Below are positions 53,704-63,337 of a DNA stretch of 64,000 bases, one piece after another. Positions within the stretch are counted from its first letter, which is position 1, and each line of letters starts with the position of its first letter. Origin of the DNA: Caulobacterales bacterium (GTDB lineage Bacteria; Pseudomonadota; Alphaproteobacteria; Caulobacterales; Caulobacteraceae). The stretch covers positions 343 through 64,342 of the forward strand of contig JAFLCT010000001.1 in the NCBI GenBank assembly GCA_017302335.1, read 5' to 3'. Position numbers and translations under genes: made by a program. The notes beneath the pieces were generated by a model. That model had not been told where the DNA came from. It saw only the letters and a list, made by a program, of their open reading frames with translations, and did no database searches.

Positions 53704-54698
53704 CGCTGAACCGTCGTCTTCTCACCCTGGGCGGCCTGGGCGGCCTGTCGCTGTTAAGCGGCTGCGCCCCGCGCCCCGCGTCCAGCGACGGAAAGACCGT
53801 CTTCAACGCCGTCGACGTCCACCCCGCCGACTATCCGACCGTCAAGGCGGTCAAATGGATGGGCGAGGAGCTGGGCCGCCTGACCGATGGCCGCCTGGGT
53901 ATGCGCCAGTTCCCGGCCGGGCAGTTGGGCAACGAGGACGACTCGATCGGCTTGACCCGGTTTCGCGCCGTGGACATCTGCCGCGTCGCCGTCGCCGCTC
54001 TGAACAACGCCTTTCCCGAGACGCAGCTTCTGGCCCTGCCTTACGTCTTCCGCTCGGTCGACCATGTGCGCGCGGTCGTGGACGGCGCGATCGGGACCGA
54101 ACTGCTGAACATCTTCGAACACCGCGGCTTGGTCGGCCTGGCCTATTACGACGCCGCGCCGCGCTGCATCTACAACGTCCGCCATCCGGTGACCGAGCCG
54201 GGTCAGTTGCGCGGGCTGAAGCTGCGGGCGCCGATGTCCGATATCTTCATCGACACATTGACGGCCATGGGGGCCAACGCCACGCCTCTGACCTTCGGCG
54301 CGGTCTTTTCGTCCTTGCAGACCCATCTGATCGACGGGGCCGAGAACAACTGGCCCAGCTATCAGTCCAGCCGCCAGTTCGAGGTCGCCCGCTACTGGAG
54401 CCAGACCGAACACTCCTTCGCGCCGGACGCGCTTTTGATGTCCAAGGCCAGTTTCGACGCCTTGACCCCCGCCGACCGCGACATGGTGCGCGACGTCGCC
54501 CGTCGCTCGGTCCAGGTGATGCGCGCCGACTGGGACCGGCGCGAAGCCGACGCCCGCGCGACTGTGCTGGCCGCCGGAACCCAGGTGGCCCAGGTCGACA
54601 AGGCCGCCTTCGCCGCAACGGTGAAGCCGGTGCTGGACAAATATCTGAAACCGCCCCGCCTGAGGGCCTTGTACGAACGCATCGTGGCGGTGGCGTGA
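53700..54698 (+). CDS. dctP: TRAP transporter substrate-binding protein
   Basis: Lipoprotein-like signal (LLSGC) and a DctP-family fold (QTHLIDGAENNWPSY). ATGA overlap with the upstream gene. Confidence 0.85.
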   Translation: MTLNRRLLTLGGLGGLSLLSGCAPRPASSDGKTVFNAVDVHPADYPTVKAVKWMGEELGRLTDGRLGMRQFPAGQLGNEDDSIGLTRFRAVDICRVAVAALNNAFPETQLLALPYVFRSVDHVRAVVDGAIGTELLNIFEHRGLVGLAYYDAAPRCIYNVRHPVTEPGQLRGLKLRAPMSDIFIDTLTAMGANATPLTFGAVFSSLQTHLIDGAENNWPSYQSSRQFEVARYWSQTEHSFAPDALLMSKASFDALTPADRDMVRDVARRSVQVMRADWDRREADARATVLAAGTQVAQVDKAAFAATVKPVLDKYLKPPRLRALYERIVAVA

Positions 54699-54732
54699 TG
54701 CCCCGCGCGGTCCCTGTAGGGAGGGCGAAGAC

Positions 54733-55245
54733 ATGACCGACGCACTCGCCGCTCCGACGGCGCGCACCCGGCGTCCGCTCGACGGCCTGGCGACGCTGGT
54801 CCTGGGCCTGGCGGGCCTGGCCCTGGTGGCGATGGCCCTGATCCAGGCCTGGCAGGTCTTCGCCCGCTATGTGCTGAACGCCAGCCCCGGCTGGACCGAA
54901 CCGGTGGCCCTGGTGCTGATGAGTTTCGCCGTCATGTTCGGCGCCGCGATCGGCGTGCGGCGCGAAACCCATTTCGCCTTCCTGAACCTGCGCGAGGCCC
55001 TGCCCGGCCCGATGCAGACGCTATTGAAGACGATCAGCCGCCTGATCGCCGCCGCCGCCGGCCTGGGCCTGATGATGATGGGCGGCCTGTTGATGATCGA
55101 CGACTGGCCCGTGCCCATGGCGGGGGCGCCCGCGCCGTCGGGTCTGCGCTTCGCGGCCCTGGCGGTGGGCGGCCTGCTGATCCTGATCTTCGCGCTGGAG
55201 CGGCTGTTCACTGGCGATACGCCGCCCGAGCCGAAAGAGGGCTGA
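54733..55245 (+). CDS. dctQ: TRAP transporter small permease
   Basis: 170 aa, four TM helices, located between dctP and dctM. Confidence 0.8.
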   Translation: MTDALAAPTARTRRPLDGLATLVLGLAGLALVAMALIQAWQVFARYVLNASPGWTEPVALVLMSFAVMFGAAIGVRRETHFAFLNLREALPGPMQTLLKTISRLIAAAAGLGLMMMGGLLMIDDWPVPMAGAPAPSGLRFAALAVGGLLILIFALERLFTGDTPPEPKEG

Positions 55246-55247
55246 AG

Positions 55248-56528
55248 ATGGAATATGTCGTTCTCTTCGGGCTTCTGGCCGCGCTTCTGGCCATCGGCGT
55301 GCCGGTGGCCTTCTCGCTGCTGGCCGCGACCATGGCCACGGTGCTGTACCTGTCCATTCCGCCGATCGTGGTGTTCCAGCAGATGGGTTCGGACATCACC
55401 TCGGTCGCCCTGTTGGCCATCCCCCTGTTCATCTTCACCGGCGAGCTGATGATGAAGGGCGGGCTGTCGGATCGCATGATCGCCCTGGCCTCATCTATGG
55501 TCGGCCATGTGCGAGGCGGCCTGGGCCAGGTGACGGTGGTCGGCTCGACCCTGTTCGGCGGCGTGTCCGGCTCGGCCATCGCCGACGTCTCGGCCATCGG
55601 CGGCACCATGATCCCGCAGATGCAGAAGCGCGGCTATGACAGCGACTATGCGGTCAACGTCACCATTTCTGCGGCGCTGGTGGCGCTGCTGGTGCCGCCG
55701 TCGCACAACATGATCCTGTACTCGGCCTCGGCCGGGGGCGGGGTGTCGATCTCGGACCTGTTCGCCGCCGGGGTGGTTCCAGCGGGCATCCTGGCCCTGG
55801 CCCTGATGGTCACGGCCTATGTGGTGGCGCGCAAGCGCGGCTACGCCTCGGACCCCTTCCCCGGTTTCGGCGCGGTGGCGACGCGGCTGGTCGCGGCCAT
55901 CCCCGGCCTGCTGCTGGTCGGAATCATCTTCGGCGGCATCCGCGCCGGCGTCTTCACCGCCGTCGAAAGCGCCTCGATCGCCGTGGTCTATGCGACCGTC
56001 ATCACCGGCCTGGTCTATCGCCACCTGAGCTGGAGCGCCTTCAAGGCCGCCTGCACTGGTGCGGCGCGCACGGCCGGGGCCGTATTGTTCATCATCGGCT
56101 GCGCCGGGGCCTTCGGCTGGCTGATGGCCTATCTGCAAATCCCGTCAGCCATGGTCGGCCTGTTGCAGACCCTGACGGACAATCCGATCCTGGTGCTGCT
56201 GCTGATCAACCTGATCCTGCTGGTCCTGGGCACCTTCATGGACATGGCGCCGCTGATCATCATCTGCACGCCGATCTTCCTGCCGGTGGCCAAGGCCTTC
56301 GGCGTGGACCCGGTGCAGTTCGGGGTCATCCTGCTGCTGAACTGCGGCATCGGCCTGATCACGCCGCCGGTCGGCTCGGTCTTGTTCATCGGCTCGGGCA
56401 TCGCCCGCATTCCGATGACCGCCGCGCTGAAGAGCATCTGGCCCTTCTACATCGCCTGCGTGGCGGTGCTGATGCTGGTGACCTTCGTGCCCCAGTTGTC
56501 GCTGTGGCTGCCCAACCTGCTCAAATAG
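55248..56528 (+). CDS. dctM: TRAP transporter large permease
   Basis: 426 aa, polytopic, with typical DctM motifs (FTGELMMKGGLSDR, GGVSGSAIAD). Confidence 0.9.
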   Translation: MEYVVLFGLLAALLAIGVPVAFSLLAATMATVLYLSIPPIVVFQQMGSDITSVALLAIPLFIFTGELMMKGGLSDRMIALASSMVGHVRGGLGQVTVVGSTLFGGVSGSAIADVSAIGGTMIPQMQKRGYDSDYAVNVTISAALVALLVPPSHNMILYSASAGGGVSISDLFAAGVVPAGILALALMVTAYVVARKRGYASDPFPGFGAVATRLVAAIPGLLLVGIIFGGIRAGVFTAVESASIAVVYATVITGLVYRHLSWSAFKAACTGAARTAGAVLFIIGCAGAFGWLMAYLQIPSAMVGLLQTLTDNPILVLLLINLILLVLGTFMDMAPLIIICTPIFLPVAKAFGVDPVQFGVILLLNCGIGLITPPVGSVLFIGSGIARIPMTAALKSIWPFYIACVAVLMLVTFVPQLSLWLPNLLK

Positions 56529-58116
56529 GCCGGGCCGCGACGGCGGCGTAGGCCCCCAGGCCGGTGTCGCCGCCATTGACCGCCTCGACGGCGCGCCAGT
56601 CGCCCGGCAGGCACCAGTCCGCCGCCGCGCCCGTCGGGTTGAACACGCACAGCAACACGTCGTTCCCCTCGCCCCGTTCGAAGGCGATCAGCGGTTCCGG
56701 CGCCTCGACCGGCCGATAGGCGCCGGTCTTCAACGCCTCATGCGCCTTGCGCAAGGCGATCAGTCGCCGGGTCAGGTTCAGCAGCGACGCTGGGTCCCCG
56801 CCCTGCGCCTCCACGCTCAACGGCGGATGGCGCGGGTCGACCGGCAACCACGGCTCCACGGTCGAGAACCCCGCCCACGGACGCTGCGGGGTCCAGGGCA
56901 TCGGCGTGCGCGCGCCGTCCCGGCCCAGGGTTCGGGGCCAGTTGGCCAGGGCTTCGGGATCGACCAGGCGATCGAACGGCACTTCGCCCTGGGGCAGGCC
57001 CAGCTCCTCGCCCTGATACAGAAAGACCACGCCGCGCAGACACATCAGCAGCAGCGTCAACATCCGTTGCGCGGCCTCGCGGTCCGCCTCGGGCGCCCAG
57101 CGCGACACCGCGCGCGGCGCATCATGGTTGGAAAAGGCCCAGGCCGGCCAGCCCTCGCCCTTCGCGCCTGGCCATTCCGCCATCGCCGCATGAACCCGCG
57201 CCGCTGTCAGCTCCGGCGCATACAGGAAGTCGAAACCGTAGGCCGTGCTCAGCCGTCCAGGCGCCGTATAGGCCCGTCGCTCGGCGCCGGAATCCTCGCC
57301 CGGCACCTCGGACACGGTGAACCGCCCGCCATAGTCGTCGGTCAGGGCGCGCAACCGCTCCAGAAAGGCCAGGATGCCAGGCTGGGACTGATTGTGGAGG
57401 TGTCGCTGGAAATCGAACGGCCGCGTCCTGGGCCAAACCCCCCGTCCCTCCGGCTCGGGCGGATTGTCGGTCAGGGCCGGGTCGTGCATGGCGAAATTCA
57501 GCGCATCCAGCCGAAAACCGTCGACGCCCCGTTCCAGCCAGAACCGCGCCGCATCGAGCAGCGCCTCCTGAACCGGCGGATGGTGCAGGTTCAACTGCGG
57601 CTGTTCTTTCAGGAAATTGTGCATGAAATACTGGCCGCGCCGCGCATCCCAGGTCCAGGCCGGGCCGCCGAACACAGACTGCCAGTTGGACGGCGGCGAT
57701 CCGTCCGGTTTCGCATCGGCCCAGACGTACCAGTCGGCGTGTTCGCCGGTCCGGCTCTCGCGGGCGGCCTGGAACCACGGATGCCGGTCCGAGGTGTGGC
57801 AATAGACCTGATCGATGACGACCTTCAGCCCCAGGCCGTGCGCCCGTTCGACCAGTCGGTCGAAATCCTCCAGCGTCCCGAACAGGGGATCGACGCCGCG
57901 ATAATCGGCCACGTCATAGCCGAAGTCGGCCATCGGCGACGGAAAGAAGGGCGACAGCCAGATCCCGTCCACGCCCAAGGAGGCGACATGATCCAGCCGC
58001 CGCGTGATCCCCTCCAGATCGCCGACGCCGTCGGCGCCGAGGCCGCTTCCTGTATCCTGATAGCTGCGCGGATAGATCTGATACAGAACCCAGCCGCGCC
58101 AGTCGTCGCTCGCCAT
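56521..58116 (-). CDS. GH13 alpha-glucosidase / oligo-1,6-glucosidase-like
   Basis: Start trimmed to the ATG at 58116 (MASDDWRGWVLYQIYPRSYQD). GVDGFRLDA catalytic region; FSNHD. Confidence 0.85.
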   Translation of the reverse strand: MASDDWRGWVLYQIYPRSYQDTGSGLGADGVGDLEGITRRLDHVASLGVDGIWLSPFFPSPMADFGYDVADYRGVDPLFGTLEDFDRLVERAHGLGLKVVIDQVYCHTSDRHPWFQAARESRTGEHADWYVWADAKPDGSPPSNWQSVFGGPAWTWDARRGQYFMHNFLKEQPQLNLHHPPVQEALLDAARFWLERGVDGFRLDALNFAMHDPALTDNPPEPEGRGVWPRTRPFDFQRHLHNQSQPGILAFLERLRALTDDYGGRFTVSEVPGEDSGAERRAYTAPGRLSTAYGFDFLYAPELTAARVHAAMAEWPGAKGEGWPAWAFSNHDAPRAVSRWAPEADREAAQRMLTLLLMCLRGVVFLYQGEELGLPQGEVPFDRLVDPEALANWPRTLGRDGARTPMPWTPQRPWAGFSTVEPWLPVDPRHPPLSVEAQGGDPASLLNLTRRLIALRKAHEALKTGAYRPVEAPEPLIAFERGEGNDVLLCVFNPTGAAADWCLPGDWRAVEAVNGGDTGLGAYAAVAARPI

Positions 58117-58305
58117 CCGTCGTCTCCCCCATGCGGACACTGGACCGCGTCGCGGGCTTTCGCCAGTCACATCCCTTCGGCTTGATGAACGGCCCGGCGA
58201 CACGGTGAAAAAGGCTTAACCGCGTTCGTGAACGGGACTGCAAGCGCGGCGGGTCTAGGGTCTGATCACGGACGAAGAAACGTCCGCGCAAGTCGGGTCC
58301 GCTTC

Positions 58306-58686
58306 ATGCTGTTTCTTCTCAATGACGTCGTGTTCGATCTGGACGAGGCCTGCCCGGTCACGCCCGCCGACGCGCGCCGGTTCGAGAAGCTGGGCTTTGA
58401 CTATGTGCTGGAACTAGGCTGCGAACTGTTCGCCGAAGATCCCATGCTGCACGTCAACGATCCCGGCCGCGCCCGCCGCCTGGCCTGGCTGATCGCCGAC
58501 CGGGCGCCCGAGATCAACGCCGCCCTGTTCGCCGCCGATGCGCCGGGCTGCGCCCCCGAACTGGTCGAGCCGCGCTTCTGCGCCCTGCCCGAGGGCGTCA
58601 TCCGCCAACTGTCGACCAAGGCCCGTCGCGGCAAGCTCGACGCCGTCGCCGCCGACAAGGCCGTCTGGAACCGCCTGGCCGCCTGA
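58306..58686 (+). CDS. Hypothetical protein
   Basis: 126 aa from the ATG at 58306 (MLFLLNDVVFDL...). The composition looks coding, but I recognise no domain. Confidence 0.4.
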   Translation: MLFLLNDVVFDLDEACPVTPADARRFEKLGFDYVLELGCELFAEDPMLHVNDPGRARRLAWLIADRAPEINAALFAADAPGCAPELVEPRFCALPEGVIRQLSTKARRGKLDAVAADKAVWNRLAA

Positions 58687-58764
58687 TCGGCTCAAGCCGA
58701 GCTTGTCTTGGGCCGCCGCCTCCCGTTAACCTGGCGCGAGACCAGCGAGGGATCGGGGTTCATC

Positions 58765-60345
58765 GTGTTCAAGCGTTCACAAGGCGTCGCCGCCGTCGCG
58801 GCTGCGGCCGCAATCAGTCTGGCGGCCTGGGCTGCGCCCGCCCATGCCGAATGGAAGCGTGCGGAAAGCCCGAATTTCGTCGTCTATTATCAAGGGTCCG
58901 AAAGCGCCCTGCGGCGCTATGTGCGTAACCTGGAAGTCTATGATTTCGTGTTGCGGCGGCGGATGGGATTGCCGGTGGGCCGTCCCGCCGCGCGCAAGCT
59001 GCCGATCTATCTGGTGAGCAATGGCCGCGGCCTGGCCGAAATCAGTCCCGGCGTGGGCCAGGCGGTCGCCGGAGTCTATTTCCCACGCCAGGAAGGCATT
59101 TTCGCCACCGCCATCCATGACCGCGAGCAGGACTACCTGCTGCATGAATATTTCCATCACTTCAGTATGCAGATGGACGTGGTCTCGAACTATCCCGGCT
59201 GGCTCATCGAGGGGCTGGCGGAGTATTTCATGACCGCCGAGATCGGCGAGGACACGGTCGTCATCGGCCATGTCAACGAGAACCGCGCCTCTTGGATCAT
59301 GGGGTCTTCCTGGATCGACCTGCGCGACCTGCTGACCAAGAGACCTGGGGAACTGCGCGACGAGACGGATCAGGCGACCTACTATCCGATCGCCTGGCTT
59401 CTGACCCACTGGTTCATGAGCGACGAGACGCGCCGAGGCCAGTTGCTGGCCTATACCCAGGCCGTCAGTCGGGGCGAGGAGTCGGTCGCCGCCATGGAGA
59501 CCGCCACCGGCATGAGCCTGGCCGACATCCGCAAGGCCCTGCGTCGCTATACGCGCCAGAGATTGGTCGGCGCCGGCGTCCGTGGCGATCTGCCGAACCC
59601 AGAGATCACGGTCACCACCCTGCCCGCTTCAGCCGACGACCTGTTGCTGATCGGCCAGCGCCTGAAGGTCGGGGTGGCGCAGAATCGGCGGGAAGCGACG
59701 GCCGCCCGGGTCCGTCGTCTGGCCGCTCGCCACCCGAACGACCCCTTCGCCCAGCTCCAACTGGGACACGCCGAACTGCATTTCGGGGACCGCGCCGCCG
59801 GGGTCGCGATCTTGACCCGCTTGCTGGAAACGGAGCCGAACAACGTCGAGGCCCTGCAACTGCTGGCCTCCCACCACATATATATGGCTGGCGAGACCCC
59901 CGACGACGCCCCCGGTCACATCGGCGAGGCGCGACGGCTGTTGGCGCACGCCTATCAGATCGACCCCGGCCAGTATTACACCTTGCAGATGCTGGCCGAG
60001 ACCCGCGTCGGCTTCGACGGCTATCCCAACGAAAACGACCTGACGACCTGGGACCTGGCGTTCAGGGGCGCGCCGCAACTACCGGGCATCCGTCTGGGTT
60101 ACGCACGGGCCTTGATGCTGGCGGGCGAACATCAGGAAGCGGCCCTGTTGCTCGAACCCCTGGCCAATGCGCCGCACGGCGGCCAGGCCGCCCGCACCGC
60201 AGGCGTCCTGCTTGAGCGCGCCCGCACGGGCCAGCCGCCCCTAAGCGACGCCGAGATCCGCGCGGCGGCCGAAGCCGAAGAGGCCCAGCCCGATCAGCCT
60301 CCAGGCGAGGGCGAAGACGGGGACGAGGGTGAAGACGACGCCTAG
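58765..60345 (+). CDS. Exported HExxH metallopeptidase-like protein with C-terminal TPR repeats and an acidic tail
   Basis: The GTG at 58765 is preceded by GAGGGA. Signal peptide ...AWAAPAHA. LLHEYFHHF zinc-type motif. A TPR-like helical region follows, then the tail EGEDGDEGEDDA. Confidence 0.6.
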   Translation: MFKRSQGVAAVAAAAAISLAAWAAPAHAEWKRAESPNFVVYYQGSESALRRYVRNLEVYDFVLRRRMGLPVGRPAARKLPIYLVSNGRGLAEISPGVGQAVAGVYFPRQEGIFATAIHDREQDYLLHEYFHHFSMQMDVVSNYPGWLIEGLAEYFMTAEIGEDTVVIGHVNENRASWIMGSSWIDLRDLLTKRPGELRDETDQATYYPIAWLLTHWFMSDETRRGQLLAYTQAVSRGEESVAAMETATGMSLADIRKALRRYTRQRLVGAGVRGDLPNPEITVTTLPASADDLLLIGQRLKVGVAQNRREATAARVRRLAARHPNDPFAQLQLGHAELHFGDRAAGVAILTRLLETEPNNVEALQLLASHHIYMAGETPDDAPGHIGEARRLLAHAYQIDPGQYYTLQMLAETRVGFDGYPNENDLTTWDLAFRGAPQLPGIRLGYARALMLAGEHQEAALLLEPLANAPHGGQAARTAGVLLERARTGQPPLSDAEIRAAAEAEEAQPDQPPGEGEDGDEGEDDA

Positions 60346-60501
60346 GTCCCGTCCATGGCGGAAGCGCCTCAACTGACGCCACGCCGCCCCATGAGCGGAA
60401 TAATACACCCCGGCGCGGCGCGGCCGCGCGCAGGTTTCATCGTCGCCGTCCGTGACTTTCGCGCCGTCCCGCGCTAGGTCCGCGCGCCTCAAGGACGCCG
60501 C

Positions 60502-62130
60502 ATGAAACAGACCCTCGCCGAAGAAGCGCTCCGCCGCAGGACCTTCGCCATCATCGCCCACCCCGACGCGGGCAAGACCACCCTGACCGAGCACATCCTC
60601 TTGGCCGGCGGGGCCATCCGCGCCGCCGGCGCCGTGCGGGCGCGCGGCGAGAACCGGCGCACCCGGTCGGACTGGATGAAGATCGAGAAGGAGCGCGGCA
60701 TCTCGGTCAGCGCCTCGGTCATGACGTTCGAGCACGACGGCAAGATGTTCAACCTCCTGGACACGCCGGGCCACGAGGACTTTTCGGAAGACACCTATCG
60801 CACCCTGACCGCCGCCGACTGCGCCATCATGGTGCTGGACGCCGCCAAGGGCATCGAGCCGCAGACGCTGAAGCTGTTCGAGGTCTGCCGCCTGCGCGAC
60901 ATCCCGATCATCACCTTCATCAACAAGCTGGACCGCGAAGCCCAGGACCCCATGGCCCTGCTGGACGAGATCGCCAGCCGCCTGCAACTGGACCCGGCCC
61001 CGATCTGGTGGCCGGCCGAAAGCGGCAACCGTCTGCGCGGCATGGTCGAGGTCGGTACGGGAACCTTCCAGCCCTATACCCGCAAGGCCGCCGGTTCGGA
61101 TGAGGACCCAGACCACCCCGCCCCCCTGCCCCTGGCCGACGCCGGGCAATATTTCGAGGCGGGCGAACAGGCGAACCTGGCCGAGGCCCTGGAGCTGGTC
61201 GAGGCGGGCTATCCGGCCTTCAACCTGCAAGCCTTCCGCGAAGGGCATCTGACCCCTGTGCTGTGGGGTTCGGCGTTGCGCCATTTCGGCATCGAGGCCC
61301 TGCTCAAGGCCATCGGCGACTGGGCGCCGCCGCCCAAGGCCATGCCCGCCCGAAAGGAGGCCCCGCCCGAGACCCGCAACGCCCCGACGCCCGAGGCGAT
61401 CATCATCGAACCGGGCCAGGCCGAGGTCACCGGCTTCGTCTTCAAGGTCCAGGCCAATATGGACCCCAACCACCGCGACCGCATCGCCATGTTCCGCATG
61501 GCTTCGGGTCGGTTCCAGCGCGGCATGAAGCTGAAGGTTCAGAACACCGGCAAATCCCTGTCGGTGAACGCCCCCATCATGTTCTTCGCCTCGGACCGCG
61601 AACTGGCCGAGGACGCCTATGCCGGCGATGTCATCGGCATTCCCAACCACGGGGTGCTGCGCGTCGGCGACAGCCTGTCGGAGACCGGTCTGGTTCGCTT
61701 CGCCGGCCTGCCCAATTTCGCGCCGGAAATCCTGCAACGCGTGCGGGTCAAGGACCCGCTCAAGGCCAAGCACCTGAAGAAGGCGCTGGAGGGGCTGGCC
61801 GAGGAGGGCGTGACCCAGTTGTTCCGTCCCGAGCTGGGCAGTGACTTCATCGTCGGCGCCGTGGGCCAGCTTCAGTTCGAGGTCATGGCCGACCGCCTGG
61901 GCGAGGAATACGGCCTGGACGTCATCTTCGAGCACAGCCCCTACGCCGAGGCCCGCTGGATCGGCGGAGACAAGGCCGACCTCGACGACTTCGCTGGCAA
62001 ATATCGCCCTCAGATGGCCGTCGACATCGACCAGGCCCCAGTCTTCCTGGCCAAGTCGAGTTGGGAGACCGGCTACGTCATGGAACGCTTCCCGAAGATC
62101 GCCTTCACCAAGACGAAGGAACGGGGCTAG
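60502..62130 (+). CDS. prfC: Peptide chain release factor 3
   Basis: RTFAIIAHPDAGKTTLTE, DWMKIEKERGISV and LLDTPGHEDF GTPase motifs. 542 aa. Confidence 0.93.
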   Translation: MKQTLAEEALRRRTFAIIAHPDAGKTTLTEHILLAGGAIRAAGAVRARGENRRTRSDWMKIEKERGISVSASVMTFEHDGKMFNLLDTPGHEDFSEDTYRTLTAADCAIMVLDAAKGIEPQTLKLFEVCRLRDIPIITFINKLDREAQDPMALLDEIASRLQLDPAPIWWPAESGNRLRGMVEVGTGTFQPYTRKAAGSDEDPDHPAPLPLADAGQYFEAGEQANLAEALELVEAGYPAFNLQAFREGHLTPVLWGSALRHFGIEALLKAIGDWAPPPKAMPARKEAPPETRNAPTPEAIIIEPGQAEVTGFVFKVQANMDPNHRDRIAMFRMASGRFQRGMKLKVQNTGKSLSVNAPIMFFASDRELAEDAYAGDVIGIPNHGVLRVGDSLSETGLVRFAGLPNFAPEILQRVRVKDPLKAKHLKKALEGLAEEGVTQLFRPELGSDFIVGAVGQLQFEVMADRLGEEYGLDVIFEHSPYAEARWIGGDKADLDDFAGKYRPQMAVDIDQAPVFLAKSSWETGYVMERFPKIAFTKTKERG

Positions 62131-63326
62131 GCCTCCTCGCGCCGTTCCAGGCCGAGGGTGGCGGCGAACATGATCAGACAGACGACGCTGGACGCCATCA
62201 GCGCCGTTGTCGCCGACCGCTCGAGCGCCAGTCCATAGAGCGCCGGTCCGGCGGCCTGCAGGAAGCGCGCGGGCGTCAGCAGCAGGGCATGGCGCTCGGC
62301 ATAGCCGTGCCGCCCGAACAGACGCAGCGGCAGAACCCCCGAGGCCACCGACAATAGGCCGTTGCCCATGCCCTGACACAGGGTCAGAGCCGCCGCGAAC
62401 CGGGCGCCTCCGACGCCGACGATCAGGGCGCCCAGCGGATGCATCAGGGCGGCGATGCGCGCGGTCGTGATGGGCGAGGCGCCGTGCAGCAGGGTCAGGT
62501 CCAGCAACCGGACGCCGATGGCCGCCGCCGCCGTCAGCCCCGCTATGCCCGCCGCCTCCGCAGGCGATAGGCCGAGGCGCATCAGCAGCCGCGGCAAGTG
62601 GGCGCTCATCGCCGTCGACACCGCCCAGGCCCCAGCGAACAGGATCGCCAGTTGCAGCATCCGCCGGTCCCACCGCACCTCGGCTGCTGTCTGCAGCGGT
62701 TCGTCCAGATGTGGAATCCGCCGTCGCGGCGTGAGCAGCCCGGTCAGGGGCAGGCACACCAGCAGATGCGCCAGCGCCCAGCCGACACAGGCGCCGCGCC
62801 AGCCGAAGGTCTGGATCAGAACGAGGGTGATCGGCCAGCCCAATCCGCCGCCCAAGGCGCCCAGCAGCGACACCGCCGTGATCGGCCGCCGCGCGGCGTC
62901 GCCGTAGAGATCGACCAGCACCGCGAAGGCCGTTCCGTAAAGCCCGCCGCCCATGCCGAGTCCGAGGGTGAGCACGCCGACCGCCATGCCCACAGGACCC
63001 TGCGCCAGGGCCAGCAGGATCAGCCCCGTGGCGAAGACGACATTCGAGACCATCAACACTTCGCGCCCGCCGCGCCGGTCTGTCCAGCAGCCGACCGACG
63101 GTCCGACCACCGCCGAGACCAGGAAGGCGCCTGACAGAGCTGCGAAAACCCAGCCCACCGGCACGCCCAGACCCGCCGCCATCGGATCGGCCAGCACGCC
63201 CAGCAGATAGAAGCTCGACGCGAAGGCCGTAATCTGGCCCAGCCCCAGCACGGCGACGATCAGGATCAGGGGGCGGCTCGGCATTCCGCTGGATCGCCCG
63301 TCTTGCCGCCCTGGCGAAAGCGACAT
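62127..63326 (-). CDS. MFS transporter
   Basis: 399 aa, about 12 TM helices. Divergent from a LysR gene. The start is uncertain (ATG at 63326 or at 63284). Confidence 0.75.
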   Translation of the reverse strand: MSLSPGRQDGRSSGMPSRPLILIVAVLGLGQITAFASSFYLLGVLADPMAAGLGVPVGWVFAALSGAFLVSAVVGPSVGCWTDRRGGREVLMVSNVVFATGLILLALAQGPVGMAVGVLTLGLGMGGGLYGTAFAVLVDLYGDAARRPITAVSLLGALGGGLGWPITLVLIQTFGWRGACVGWALAHLLVCLPLTGLLTPRRRIPHLDEPLQTAAEVRWDRRMLQLAILFAGAWAVSTAMSAHLPRLLMRLGLSPAEAAGIAGLTAAAAIGVRLLDLTLLHGASPITTARIAALMHPLGALIVGVGGARFAAALTLCQGMGNGLLSVASGVLPLRLFGRHGYAERHALLLTPARFLQAAGPALYGLALERSATTALMASSVVCLIMFAATLGLERREEA

Positions 63327-63337
63327 ATCGGATCGGG

